64,000 nt of DNA from Gemmatimonadaceae bacterium (lineage in GTDB: Bacteria > Gemmatimonadota > Gemmatimonadetes > Gemmatimonadales > Gemmatimonadaceae), in assembly GCA_044224875.1 (NCBI GenBank), contig JBGAJQ010000001.1, positions 160,001 through 224,000 on the forward strand, given 5' to 3'. A program made the position numbers and the translations under genes. How positions within the stretch are numbered: position 1 is the stretch's first letter; each line of letters starts with the position of its first letter. The notes below the pieces were generated by a model. It did no database searches. It saw nothing but the letters and a program-made list of their open reading frames with translations, and had not been told where the DNA came from. Positions 38,524-48,030 of the stretch are shown in pieces.

Positions 38524-39129
38524 ATGAACCAAATGACACATACGGTGATCGGCGCTTGCCTGACCGATGTCCTGTCTCTCGAACGGACATTCGAGGCGGC
38601 CTTGAGCAGACAAATCCACCAGCTGTTAGACGAGCCAGCCATTGCGAGGGAGCTTCGTCAGGTGCACGCGGTTTGTGACCGGCACATCGCGGCGTTGGAG
38701 CTGGTCGGCTACCGGCTCGACCATGAGCCGACCGAAGTCCCGTACCACCTCATGCGGGAAACCGCCTCCACGCCGCAAGACGTCGCCGCCGGGGGAACGA
38801 TCGCCCCGACCGAGCAGCTGACGCGGGATATCACCGATGACTGCGCTAATCTTGCCCGGGCGATGATTGGCTATGTCACACTTCACACCATGGGATTGGC
38901 ACTCGGTGAAGAAGCGGTTGCTGAGTTGGCGCGGCTGCACTTTCGCGAGTATACCCGCTGCACCATGACGCTTCACGGCATCGCACCGGCTGCGGTGATC
39001 CGGCACCTGGTCGAAGAGGGTCAGCCGGCCGACGCATCGGTGGTGCCAGACGTTGAGGAGAGCATTCTCGACGCGTGGCGCCCCACTCTCGAGCCGATGG
39101 CAGTCAGCGGACCCGGAAGAAAGCGGTAG
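38524..39129 (+). CDS. Ferritin-like DUF892-related protein, divergent
   Basis: 'LTDVLSLERTFE.AL..QI', 'RHIAALE', 'GYVTLHTMGLALGEE.VAELA..H'; paralog of 16396-16908. Confidence 0.6.
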   Translation: MNQMTHTVIGACLTDVLSLERTFEAALSRQIHQLLDEPAIARELRQVHAVCDRHIAALELVGYRLDHEPTEVPYHLMRETASTPQDVAAGGTIAPTEQLTRDITDDCANLARAMIGYVTLHTMGLALGEEAVAELARLHFREYTRCTMTLHGIAPAAVIRHLVEEGQPADASVVPDVEESILDAWRPTLEPMAVSGPGRKR

Positions 39130-39322
39130 CGCCTAACGCCGCTGGCTCTCCAGTGCTCGCTGGCATCCCCACTTGGTCTAGCGAAGACGATCGCTCGAAC
39201 GAGAGAGGCCAGAACCCACCGTGCGGCGAATGGTGCCCTTTCCGCCGCCCCGGCTATCATGACAAGGATCGCGCTCGGCGTATCACCGAGCGAGCTCTGT
39301 GAAACTCACTCCGGGAGCTGAC

Positions 39323-39475
39323 ATGCTGACCACCATTGCCGTCGTGCTCATCGTACTCTGGTTGCTTGGGATGGTATCGTCGTACACGATCGGCGGATTC
39401 ATCCACATTCTGCTCGTGGTGGCGATCATCGTCTTCCTGGTCCGCATCATTCAGGGCCGTCGACCCGTGGTTTGA
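39323..39475 (+). CDS. Small membrane protein, lmo0937/DUF5670 family (50 aa; not in ORF track)
   Basis: Hand translation MLTTIAVVLIVLWLLGMVSSYTIGGFIHILLVVAIIVFLVRIIQGRRPVV; RBS GGGAG. Confidence 0.9.
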   Translation: MLTTIAVVLIVLWLLGMVSSYTIGGFIHILLVVAIIVFLVRIIQGRRPVV

Positions 39476-39535
39476 CCCGTCGGGCGCGCGAATTCACACC
39501 AACACGCGCCATCCATTTCTTGAGGGAGCACTCAG

Positions 39536-39826
39536 ATGCTGCGTCATGACACCACCTCGCCACGCCAACGGGTAGCGGGTGCGTTGGAGCAAACGGCCGA
39601 GCGGCTCTCGGGTCGCGCCGACGCGATGAATGGCAAGTTATCGCGCGTCGCCGACAATGCCGCCAGTGCTATCGACTCGGCAGCAAAGTACCTGCGCACG
39701 TCAGATGCAACCGATATGGCGGCCGACTTGCGCCGGCTGGCAAAGCGCCACCCGGGCAAGGCCGTGATCGCGGCCATGGCGCTGGGATACGCGCTCGGTC
39801 GAAAGCGACCCAGTGGCCGACGATAG
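39536..39826 (+). CDS. ElaB/YqjD/DUF883-like tail-anchored stress protein
   Basis: Ala-rich helical body with C-terminal 'KRHPGKAVIAAMALGYALGRKR'; RBS GAGGGAG. Confidence 0.6.
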   Translation: MLRHDTTSPRQRVAGALEQTAERLSGRADAMNGKLSRVADNAASAIDSAAKYLRTSDATDMAADLRRLAKRHPGKAVIAAMALGYALGRKRPSGRR

Positions 39827-40366
39827 TCAGGCATCGGGAGCGGCATGCCGGTCGGCGTGTCGCTCCTCATCAACCCGCTGGAGTACCTGTTTGAGCTGCT
39901 CGAGATCCAACGGTTTCACCACGTGCAGGTCGAACCCCGTCGCCAGTGCCACTTCACGATCAGATTCGGTCGCCCGGCCACTCAGGGCGATGAAGGTGAC
40001 GTCCCGACGTTGGGGGAGTGACTTGGCCCGAGCGACGACATCCAACCCACTCATGCCCGGCATGGACAGGTCGAGAAACACCACGTCGGCGAGCTGCCTC
40101 TCCAGATGGGACAAGGCGGAAGCACCATCCGCTGCAGCCGCTACCTCGTGGCCCAGGAAGCGCAGGGATAGCGTCATGCTTTCGAGAATCCCTGCGTTAT
40201 CGTCGACAACGAGAATTCGAAACGAACGACCCACGCTCTCCCCTGCCTTCGTCTGCACCGATTGATGGGACGCCCAACTCAATGGCGAGCTGGGGCCGAG
40301 TGTCGTGCCACGGTGGGGCTCGGCTGCACGTCTGTCAAGTTCGCGCAGCCTCGCAGACTTGGACAA
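39827..40366 (-). CDS. Single-domain CheY-like response regulator (true start probably GTG near 40234-40258)
   Basis: 'ILVVDDN', 'VFLDLSMPG', 'IALSG', 'HVVKP'. Confidence 0.85.
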   Translation of the reverse strand: MSKSARLRELDRRAAEPHRGTTLGPSSPLSWASHQSVQTKAGESVGRSFRILVVDDNAGILESMTLSLRFLGHEVAAAADGASALSHLERQLADVVFLDLSMPGMSGLDVVARAKSLPQRRDVTFIALSGRATESDREVALATGFDLHVVKPLDLEQLKQVLQRVDEERHADRHAAPDA

Positions 40367-40486
40367 GATTGTCTCAAGAGGGAGCCACGACGAGGTCTAC
40401 TCGTTCCCACATAACAGGGCAGTACGCCCTTCGCTCGAGAATGTGGCCGCTGCTGACCGTCGCAACACCCACTAACCCCGGCATCC

Positions 40487-40939
40487 ATGTTCCTTCAACC
40501 CGCGAACGACGAGTCAGCCGCGATCCCCGTAAATGCGTCAATCCACCGCGTGCTCTGTGTCGCCGACGACCCAGCGATCGTTGATGCGCTCGGTGGACAG
40601 CTCGAGCAGGAACCAGAATTCGAACGTCCTCATTGCATAGGCGATACGGACGAGGTGATGGTGGTCGCCAAGAGATTGAAGCCGTCGATCGTGCTCCTCG
40701 ACTTCGAGAGGGCGTCGGGGACGTCTGCCATGACAATCCTGAACGAAATGCGGCGCGATGTGCCGGACGCACGGGTCGTGGTGCTCGCGAGCGCACCCAC
40801 TGGCGAACTCGTGGCACGCAGTCTCAGTCATGGGGCCGCTGGCTTACTGATCAAGGGGCTCTCCCCTAGTCGCATCGTTCACGCGATGCGCCGCGTGCTC
40901 GGTGGCGAGGCAGTCATCCTTCTGGACTTGGAGGCTTAG
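40487..40939 (+). CDS. Single-domain response regulator (NarL-type receiver, no HTH)
   Basis: 'VLCVADD', 'IVLLD', 'LLIKG', 'RRVLGGEAVILL'; paralog of 14013-14453. Confidence 0.8.
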   Translation: MFLQPANDESAAIPVNASIHRVLCVADDPAIVDALGGQLEQEPEFERPHCIGDTDEVMVVAKRLKPSIVLLDFERASGTSAMTILNEMRRDVPDARVVVLASAPTGELVARSLSHGAAGLLIKGLSPSRIVHAMRRVLGGEAVILLDLEA

Positions 40940-40985
40940 GAACGCCGCGGCACGGACGTCATGTCGCGGCGACTCCTCGCCGCTG

Positions 40986-41657
40986 CTATAACGCCCTGAC
41001 CATGCCCCGACGTATTGCGACGGTGATCGCCTGTGTGCGATCGCGCACGCTGAGTTTCTGGAGAATGGCCTTCACGTGTGCCTTCACGGTGCCTTCGCTG
41101 ATGTTGAGCGTGTTGGCGATCTCCAGGTTCGACCTCCCTTGGGCAAGGCAATGCAACACCTCATCCTGCCGAGGGGTCAGCGCGTCAGATGCAACATGCT
41201 CGGCGAGCTTGGCCGCGATCTCCGGTGAAATGGCTCTGCGACCTCCGTGCACCGTGCGGATGGTTTCGACTAACTTCGCCGCGTCGATGTCCTTCAAGAG
41301 GTAACTCGCTGCGCCAGCCCGCAGTCCTCGGAAGACCTCCTCATCCGTATCGTACGTCGTCAGCAGCACCACACGAGCGGATCCATCGATGCCCCGGATT
41401 CCCTCTGTGATCGCAACGCCATCCATGGGAGTCATCCGCAGGTCCACGATCGAGACGTCCGGTCGCAACGCGTCGAATGCCTTTAGGGCTGACGCCCCGT
41501 CTCCCGCTTGCCCGACCACCTCCAGTCCGTGCCGTTCGAGCAATGTGGCCAAACCCTCGCGAAAGATCGTGTGATCGTCGACGACGAGAACACGAATCTG
41601 GCCCGGCACTCCCGGCCGAGGCTCAGGATCAGCGATGCGACTGGTTGTGCGCAGCAT
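40986..41657 (-). CDS. NarL/FixJ family response regulator
   Basis: ATG 41657 with GGAGG RBS; REC + LuxR HTH; close paralog of 11970-12644. Confidence 0.95.
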   Translation of the reverse strand: MLRTTSRIADPEPRPGVPGQIRVLVVDDHTIFREGLATLLERHGLEVVGQAGDGASALKAFDALRPDVSIVDLRMTPMDGVAITEGIRGIDGSARVVLLTTYDTDEEVFRGLRAGAASYLLKDIDAAKLVETIRTVHGGRRAISPEIAAKLAEHVASDALTPRQDEVLHCLAQGRSNLEIANTLNISEGTVKAHVKAILQKLSVRDRTQAITVAIRRGMVRAL

Positions 41658-42079
41658 GAATGCGACCTCCACTGGCGTACACCTACCTGTCCCGCGGCGT
41701 GCTGGCGTTCCGGAAGCGCCTCTGTGTCGAAACTCAGTGTACTGCCCAAGCGCTAACGGACCAGACGCATTGGCAAACATAGATGTTGACAATGGGGCGT
41801 AGTCGCCATTGGCCGAAAGGAGTAGGTCGGCATCACTCGCCGAGTGTGCCGTGCGCCACCTCACCTGCGCGATGAAGGGGGCCGTGGGCATGTTCACCTT
41901 GGCTGTCTTCTTCTTTCCAGGCGTGACTGAGCCAAGGGCCCGATATAGGGAGCCGATCCAGCGAATCGGGTCTGTGGAACCTCGGCAGGGGCGCCATCGG
42001 GGTCATATGACGAGCGACGGAGCGTTGCTTCCTCCATCCGGGCGATGTCAAGCCGCGTGTCGGGCGATAGTGTCCGGTC

Positions 42080-43435
42080 ATGAACGCTCTTCTCACGGAG
42101 CCAAACACTTTGGGTGGTCACCGGACTCCAACGACTCTCCGATGGCTGAAGGTCGGCGCTCTTCTCGCGTCGCATGCCTGCGCGAGTGGAGCGTCCATCC
42201 TTCCCATTTCTTCTGGGACCGGACCCAATCCGGACTTGCCGCGTCCACATCGGTCACTGATTCCGACGATCGCGGTTGCACCGGCTAGGCCATGGCAACC
42301 AGGGGAAGCGCCCACGAGTCCATCCGGACTCGAGGTCTCCGCCTTCGCACGCGGACTCGCGCATCCACGCTGGCTTCTCACGCTGCCTAACGGCGACATC
42401 CTGGTCGCCGAAACAAACGCCCCTGACCGGCCGAAGGATGCGACCGGTGTTCGCGGATGGTTCTTCCGGCATTTTCAGAAACGAGGTGGGGGAACCGCCC
42501 CCTCGGCGAACCGGATTCGGCTGCTTCGCGACTCTGACGGGGACGGCGTCGCCGACGTCTCAACGATCTTCGCACGAGACCTGAACTCCCCGTTCGGTAT
42601 GGTCTTGGTTGGTGACCGACTATTCATTGCAAACACAGACGCGATCGTGTCCTTGCCGTACCATACCGGCGACACCATCAGCGGCGATGCCCCTCAACCA
42701 TTGTTGGCGCTGCCGGCCGGCGCGCGGAATCACCACTGGACCAAGAGCCTGCTGGCGTCCCCCGACGGTCGGAAGCTGTACGTGGGTATCGGTTCCAATA
42801 GCAACGCTGCGGAACATGGCCTCGCTGAGGAAGCGGAGCGAGCGCGGATCTGGGAAGTCGACATCGCAACGGCCAGGCAGCGGACTTTCGCCTCAGGTCT
42901 TCGCAATCCGGTTGGTCTCACGTGGCGAGACTCCACGTTGTGGGTGGTGGTGAACGAACGCGACGAGCTGGGCAATGACCTCGTCCCTGACTACCTCACG
43001 TCGGTGCACGATGGCGCCTTCTATGGATGGCCGTATGGCTACTTCGGGGCTCATGTGGATGAACGCGTCAAGCCGTTACACGCGGACTCTGTGGAGAAGG
43101 CGCTGCGCCCCGACTACGCCCTCGGCGCCCACACGGCGTCGCTCGGCCTCGTGGACAGTCACGGGAATCAACTCGGCGCGCCCTTTCAAGACGGCGTCTT
43201 CATCGGACAGCATGGGTCGTGGAATCGCAAGCCACCCAGTGGCTACCGCGTCATCTTCGTTCCATTTGCCAATGGCAGGCCGAGTGGCATGCCATTGGAT
43301 GTCTTGAGTGGGTTTCTCTCATCGAAGGGCGAAGCTCGAGGCCGACCTGTCGGTGTAGCCATTGACGCGAAAGGCGCATTGTTGGTAGCGGATGACGTCG
43401 GCAACACTATCTGGCGTCTCACCCGAAGGCCCTGA
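42080..43435 (+). CDS. Sorbosone dehydrogenase family (PQQ-type sugar dehydrogenase beta-propeller), probable lipoprotein
   Basis: 'GLAHPRWL..LPNGDILVAE', 'NHHWTK', 'GLRNPVG', 'VNERDELG..LVPDY', 'GQHGSWNR', 'GRPVGV'. Confidence 0.9.
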   Translation: MNALLTEPNTLGGHRTPTTLRWLKVGALLASHACASGASILPISSGTGPNPDLPRPHRSLIPTIAVAPARPWQPGEAPTSPSGLEVSAFARGLAHPRWLLTLPNGDILVAETNAPDRPKDATGVRGWFFRHFQKRGGGTAPSANRIRLLRDSDGDGVADVSTIFARDLNSPFGMVLVGDRLFIANTDAIVSLPYHTGDTISGDAPQPLLALPAGARNHHWTKSLLASPDGRKLYVGIGSNSNAAEHGLAEEAERARIWEVDIATARQRTFASGLRNPVGLTWRDSTLWVVVNERDELGNDLVPDYLTSVHDGAFYGWPYGYFGAHVDERVKPLHADSVEKALRPDYALGAHTASLGLVDSHGNQLGAPFQDGVFIGQHGSWNRKPPSGYRVIFVPFANGRPSGMPLDVLSGFLSSKGEARGRPVGVAIDAKGALLVADDVGNTIWRLTRRP

Positions 43436-43528
43436 CGCCAACGCCAGCGCCTAACGAACGTCCCATCCATCGAACCGAGGGGCGTGATCGCAACAAACTC
43501 TGGGTCTTCGCTCGCGAGCGGTTAGAGG

Positions 43529-43562
43529 AAAGGGCCACGGCGCACGTGCGCCGTGGCCCTTT
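43529..43562. terminator. Perfect 34-bp palindrome, probable intrinsic terminator
   Basis: AAAGGGCCACGGCGCAC|GTGCGCCGTGGCCCTTT. Confidence 0.6.
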
Positions 43563-43838
43563 GCGATCGCAGATGTGCGTGTGTACTAGTCCTTCGGAGG
43601 AGGTGGCACCTTTGCTCCCTTCCTCACGAAAGGCGTACCACTTCGAGACTACGCGGAAAAGACCCTCTCGGGAAATCGCGCCTACGGCGAGTGCAGGGCA
43701 TGTTCACCTCGTAGCCGTCCGAGTCTACCTCTTCATGCTCGTGACCAGGCGATCATCACGATGTCGCGATGTACTCGCCCGGCCAACCAACACGCACTCG
43801 CCAACATCGTTCTCCTGATCTTCCAACCGGAGTTTCTC

Positions 43839-44462
43839 ATGAGAGAACACACCTTTCGCTCCATCGCGCGCATAACAGGCGGTGCCCTAACGATCGGGCT
43901 CACGATACTCGCCTGTGGCCGCCGTGGGCACGACAACATGGATAGTGCGAATGCCGCGATGGCGCCGGCGGCGGCCATGCGGGACTCGACTCCCAATCCC
44001 GCACTGACCGACGCGCAAATCGTACAGATCGCAATGGTCGCAAACGCCAATGACAGTGCGGGTGGCGTTCTCGCCAGCTCCAAAGCCACCGCTGCCGACG
44101 TCAAGTCCTTCGCACGTACGATGGTGCGTGACCATGGCATGCTCAACAAGAAGCTCGAGGCCCTCGCCATCGAGCTGTCGCTGACCCCGGATTCGTCCGA
44201 GGCATCGATGCGTATGGCAGCAGATGGTGCAGCGAGTGCTGCCCGTCTACAAAGCCTGTCGAGTTCGGAGTTTGACAGCGCGTATATGGATCAGGAAGTC
44301 TCGGCCCACGAACGAGTGCTGTCGGACCTCAAGGAGACGCTGATTCCCGCCGCACAGAACAGTGAGCTGAAGAGCCTTCTACAGCAGGCAAGCGACGCCG
44401 TTGACGGTCACCTGCAGCGTGCTCGCACGGTGCAGCAGGCTCATCGCACCGCGGCGCAGTGA
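43839..44462 (+). CDS. DUF4142 domain lipoprotein (ferritin-like stress protein)
   Basis: Lipobox 'ILAC'; 'TDAQI', 'VKSFARTMVRDH', 'FDSAYMDQEVSAH', 'LIPAAQNSELK'. Confidence 0.88.
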   Translation: MREHTFRSIARITGGALTIGLTILACGRRGHDNMDSANAAMAPAAAMRDSTPNPALTDAQIVQIAMVANANDSAGGVLASSKATAADVKSFARTMVRDHGMLNKKLEALAIELSLTPDSSEASMRMAADGAASAARLQSLSSSEFDSAYMDQEVSAHERVLSDLKETLIPAAQNSELKSLLQQASDAVDGHLQRARTVQQAHRTAAQ

Positions 44463-44585
44463 CAGGTCGAGGCCCGCGACTCGCAAGAATGCGCCCAGCC
44501 CCGAACCGCCCCTCATGCTCACTTTCCACGCACCGACGCTAGCTCACGCGCTCCCGGGCATCTGCTGAAAGCTCCTACGGTCGCG

Positions 44586-45296
44586 TCATGTGCGAGGGGT
44601 GTCGAACGACGCTGCCTCGACGACTCGACCGTAGGCCATTCGCACGATGTGAGAAGCAAATGACGCAAGGCGCGAGTCGTGACTAGCGACCACCACGGCC
44701 CTATCGGGATCGCGAGCGGCAGCGTGCAACAACTCGATGACCTCTTGTCCTGCGCGCTCGTCCAGGCTTCCGGTGGGTTCGTCGGCGAGAAGCAGCTCTG
44801 GTTCGTTGGCCAAGGCTCGTGCAATCGCGACACGCTGCTTCTCCCCCCCACTCAACTCCCGTGGTCGAAAGGTGAGCCGCTCGCCCATCCCCAGTTGCAC
44901 CGCCAGCTCCGCTGATCGCACCGATGATTCGGGTCGAAGACACCCAGCAAGATTCATGGGCAGCTCAATGTTCTCGACCACGCTGAGCGCATCCACTAGA
45001 TGAAACGCCTGGAACACGATTCCGACATGCTTCAAGCGATGAGAGGTCAGCGCGGATTGGGACCAGCCCGCCATGTCTGCTTCTCCAAACAGGACCTGTC
45101 CGGCCGATGGGGGAAGAAGACCCGCCATGATCGACAACAGCGTCGTCTTGCCACTTCCACTCGGTCCCACCAACAGTGTCAACCCGCCAGCTCGTACGCT
45201 CAGGTTGATTTCCGAAAGGGCCGTCACGATCGGGGTCCCTGAGCCGCCGAATGTGCGCGCGACGTTCCGAAGTTCTACGACGCTTCGTGGCCTCAT
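44586..45296 (-). CDS. ABC transporter ATP-binding protein (LolD/MacB/DevA-like)
   Basis: Walker A 'GPSGSGKTT', signature '[15 protein letters not shown]', Walker B 'LLLADEPT', 'ASHD'. Confidence 0.93.
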   Translation of the reverse strand: MRPRSVVELRNVARTFGGSGTPIVTALSEINLSVRAGGLTLLVGPSGSGKTTLLSIMAGLLPPSAGQVLFGEADMAGWSQSALTSHRLKHVGIVFQAFHLVDALSVVENIELPMNLAGCLRPESSVRSAELAVQLGMGERLTFRPRELSGGEKQRVAIARALANEPELLLADEPTGSLDERAGQEVIELLHAAARDPDRAVVVASHDSRLASFASHIVRMAYGRVVEAASFDTPRT

Positions 45297-46432
45297 GCGC
45301 GGAACAGCTCAGCCGGATAGATCCGGGCCACTCGTCGCAATGGAACGAGTGCCCCGATGCAGCCGACGACGACCGCGCCCGCGCTCACCAGCGCGAAGGC
45401 CGGCGCACCGAGTGTCAACACCATCACCGGAACGGCCCTCAGGACGAGTGGTGCACCGACGGTGTAGATCAAGGTCCCAACGAGCACGCCGCCAATCACG
45501 GCACCGAGTGACTGGACCAGGATGAGTCGCGCCAGAAATCCGTCGGGAGCGCCGATGGCCTTGAGCAGGGCGTACTCTTCGCGTCGTTCCAGCACCGAGC
45601 CGTACAGCAGCAACGTGAGAACCGACAATCCCACGACGCCCCCGAGCAGCGCAACCGATGCGAGGATGGGCAACAACCCTCCGCGCAGTTCGCGCATGTT
45701 GTTCTCCGCGAACTCATACTGCGTAAAGACGTTGGTATGTTGGACCTTCCCGCGCAAATGGTCAGCCAGCGTATCAGCAGCCATTCCCGGAGCCGCACGC
45801 ACGAGGAGAAAACTGGCCACCCCACGGAAGCCGAGCAGGGTCCCGGCGTCGTCAATCGGAACGAAGGCGAGCTGTGTGAGCACGGCGTTTGTCCCTCGAC
45901 TTAGTCCGACAAGCGTGAACGGCCGACCTTGAACTTGGAGGGTGTCGCCAATGTGCGCACCGTAGCTTCGCACGAGGGCTTGATCCATGACGATCTCACC
46001 CTGATGCAGCTGCGCCGTACCGGCCACGACCTCCGGGGTTGGGAGGGATGAACGCGGGTCGATTCCGAGAACGATCGCTGTCGTCACCTCGGCTCCGATT
46101 CGTATCGTCGTGATGAGACGAAGCAACGGAGTCACTTCGGCAACCATCGGATCCGCGCGCAAGGACTCCGCTGCCGCGGTGCGGAGGAAGGAGGAGCTCT
46201 TGATGAAATTCGTGGTGTTGTCTTGCGTGACCCATGCATGCGACGGGCGCGACGCGATGTAGCCGTTCGACTCTATCCGGACGCCGTGGTACAACGCGAG
46301 CAGGAAGAGCATGAGCACGACCGCAAAACCCACGCCGGTGATCGTGATGGCAAAGCGCAGCCTGTCGTGAGCAATCAATCGGCGGCCAAGAGGCACGCGG
46401 CGCGCTGGACGAATTCGTTCCAGCGGACTCAC
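45293..46432 (-). CDS. ABC transporter permease (MacB_PCD/FtsX, DevC/LolE-like)
   Basis: GTG 46432 overlaps the upstream stop; TM1 'FAITITGVGFAVVLMLF', periplasmic domain, 'ERREEYALLKAIGA', three C-terminal TMs. Confidence 0.9.
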   Translation of the reverse strand: MSPLERIRPARRVPLGRRLIAHDRLRFAITITGVGFAVVLMLFLLALYHGVRIESNGYIASRPSHAWVTQDNTTNFIKSSSFLRTAAAESLRADPMVAEVTPLLRLITTIRIGAEVTTAIVLGIDPRSSLPTPEVVAGTAQLHQGEIVMDQALVRSYGAHIGDTLQVQGRPFTLVGLSRGTNAVLTQLAFVPIDDAGTLLGFRGVASFLLVRAAPGMAADTLADHLRGKVQHTNVFTQYEFAENNMRELRGGLLPILASVALLGGVVGLSVLTLLLYGSVLERREEYALLKAIGAPDGFLARLILVQSLGAVIGGVLVGTLIYTVGAPLVLRAVPVMVLTLGAPAFALVSAGAVVVGCIGALVPLRRVARIYPAELFRA

Positions 46433-48030
46433 GGGTTGGCGCCCGACACGCCGAGTAGCACCTGAGGTTTCGCGCCACCGAGTCGACCGCGCAGCCCCGA
46501 CAAGACGGCAAGCTCCGATTCGGCCGGGACGAACACGACACGAACACGTTGCAGCTGACCGAGGCGACGAGCGAGGGCGTAGTGCGGGTTCGCACCGAGT
46601 GCGTCTTCCAGACGGGCGCACAAGATCTCTGCGGACTGGTCGTCACCATCGACGGAAACCAGCAGCTCATAACCGGCCCCCTCGGGCGACGAGTGGGCGC
46701 GCAAGGCCGCATACCGCGGACGGAAGACTTCGGGCCACAGTGATCGGAGCACTTCAGCCACAAATGGCTCGCTCAGCTTTTCACCGCGAAGGTCACTTAC
46801 GTGTCCAAGACGTCCGAGAAAGCGCAGTGAGGGAGTCGCAGCGACGTGACCGGTGCACTCCACCAGGTCGCCCAGCCGATAGCGCCACAAGCCACCACCG
46901 TTCGTGAGGACTACCTCGTAGTGCGCGCCTCGTTCGAGCTCATGCGCGCCCCGGGCGCTTCCCGCAGCATCCAGGAACTCGAAGAAATGAGAGGTGACGG
47001 CAAGTAGATGCGTCCCGGCGAACGGAATTGTCACAACACCCTCCGTGGCCAGGAGACCCTTTGCCTGCACCAGAACACCTGGAAGGCGTTGGGTGAGTGC
47101 ACGCCACCCAGATTCGGCGGCTTGCTCTCCCCAACAACTCACCACCTGCAAACGTTCCCACCAGCGCGTCCAATCCCCAGGGCCAACGTGCTGCAGCTCC
47201 CGGCTTCTCCCGGGATCCGCGGTTCTTAGCCACACGGCGCGGGTGTCTGCTGGCAACGCAGTCACCCAATCGCACTCCCCCGTTGCTATCGCCTCCAGCA
47301 GGGCGGGCCAGTGCAGCTCCGCCGCCTGCAACATGAGGTCCAGGTAGCTGGGGTGCCAGACTGAAATGAGTCGCAGATCTCGCTGCCGCAGCAGGGCGAG
47401 AAGGGACAGCATCCAGAATGCCGATGTCTCGCGCACGTGGCGCACGGAGGATGGTACAGCCATCACCTGGCGTACCAGCCACGATGCCGCACCACCGAGA
47501 TACTCGGCGTCGTCGGCGAAGCCAACGGGGGGCTGAGCTGACGGCGCACGGTCTTCGGCGTCATCATCCGCAAGTGGTGAAATAGCCCAGTACGCGGGAC
47601 CGCCCAGGAGTCGCGGACGCTGACGTGCGAGGTCGATCATCCATGGGCCCACGGCCGCATCGAAGGCCGCCTGAAGGCCAGCGGTGAAGGGAATCAGCTT
47701 TCGAGCGCCGGTCGACCCGCTTGTTGGCGCGAGGTGCGACACCCGTCCACACGCCAGCACGTTGGACTCCCCTCGCCGCACTCGCATCACCGACTGCTCG
47801 ATGCCCGCATAGTCGGTGAGTGGCACCTGCCGGCGATACTGCACCACCGATTCGATCGAGCCAAAGTCCATCGTGCTACCGATGCAGCTGGAGGCGTGGG
47901 CTCGAAGCTGGGTGATGAGCCATTGCTCCTGCACTCGCTTCGGATCACGCAGCGCACGACCGAAGCGCAGATACGCCGGATAGCTTCGCGCCATCCATAG
48001 TGAATTGGCGAGCGTAGATGCGTGCTTCAT
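46429..48030 (-). CDS. GH3-family acyl-adenylate/amide synthetase
   Basis: 'VPLTDY', P-loop 'PTSGSTG..KLIP', 'KGLLATEG', 'FFEF', 'GLWRYRLGD', 'GEKL', 'NPHY..AR..GQL'. Confidence 0.85.
   Translation of the reverse strand: MKHASTLANSLWMARSYPAYLRFGRALRDPKRVQEQWLITQLRAHASSCIGSTMDFGSIESVVQYRRQVPLTDYAGIEQSVMRVRRGESNVLACGRVSHLAPTSGSTGARKLIPFTAGLQAAFDAAVGPWMIDLARQRPRLLGGPAYWAISPLADDDAEDRAPSAQPPVGFADDAEYLGGAASWLVRQVMAVPSSVRHVRETSAFWMLSLLALLRQRDLRLISVWHPSYLDLMLQAAELHWPALLEAIATGECDWVTALPADTRAVWLRTADPGRSRELQHVGPGDWTRWWERLQVVSCWGEQAAESGWRALTQRLPGVLVQAKGLLATEGVVTIPFAGTHLLAVTSHFFEFLDAAGSARGAHELERGAHYEVVLTNGGGLWRYRLGDLVECTGHVAATPSLRFLGRLGHVSDLRGEKLSEPFVAEVLRSLWPEVFRPRYAALRAHSSPEGAGYELLVSVDGDDQSAEILCARLEDALGANPHYALARRLGQLQRVRVVFVPAESELAVLSGLRGRLGGAKPQVLLGVSGANP

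Noticed and set aside
43449..43527. Possible integron attC site (GCCTAAC ... GTTAGAG after a stop codon); GCCTAAC also follows several other stops
   Set aside because: No complementary L boxes or foldable stem between the cores, the other copies have no matching GTTRRRY, many copies are inside genes, and there is no integrase in the window.
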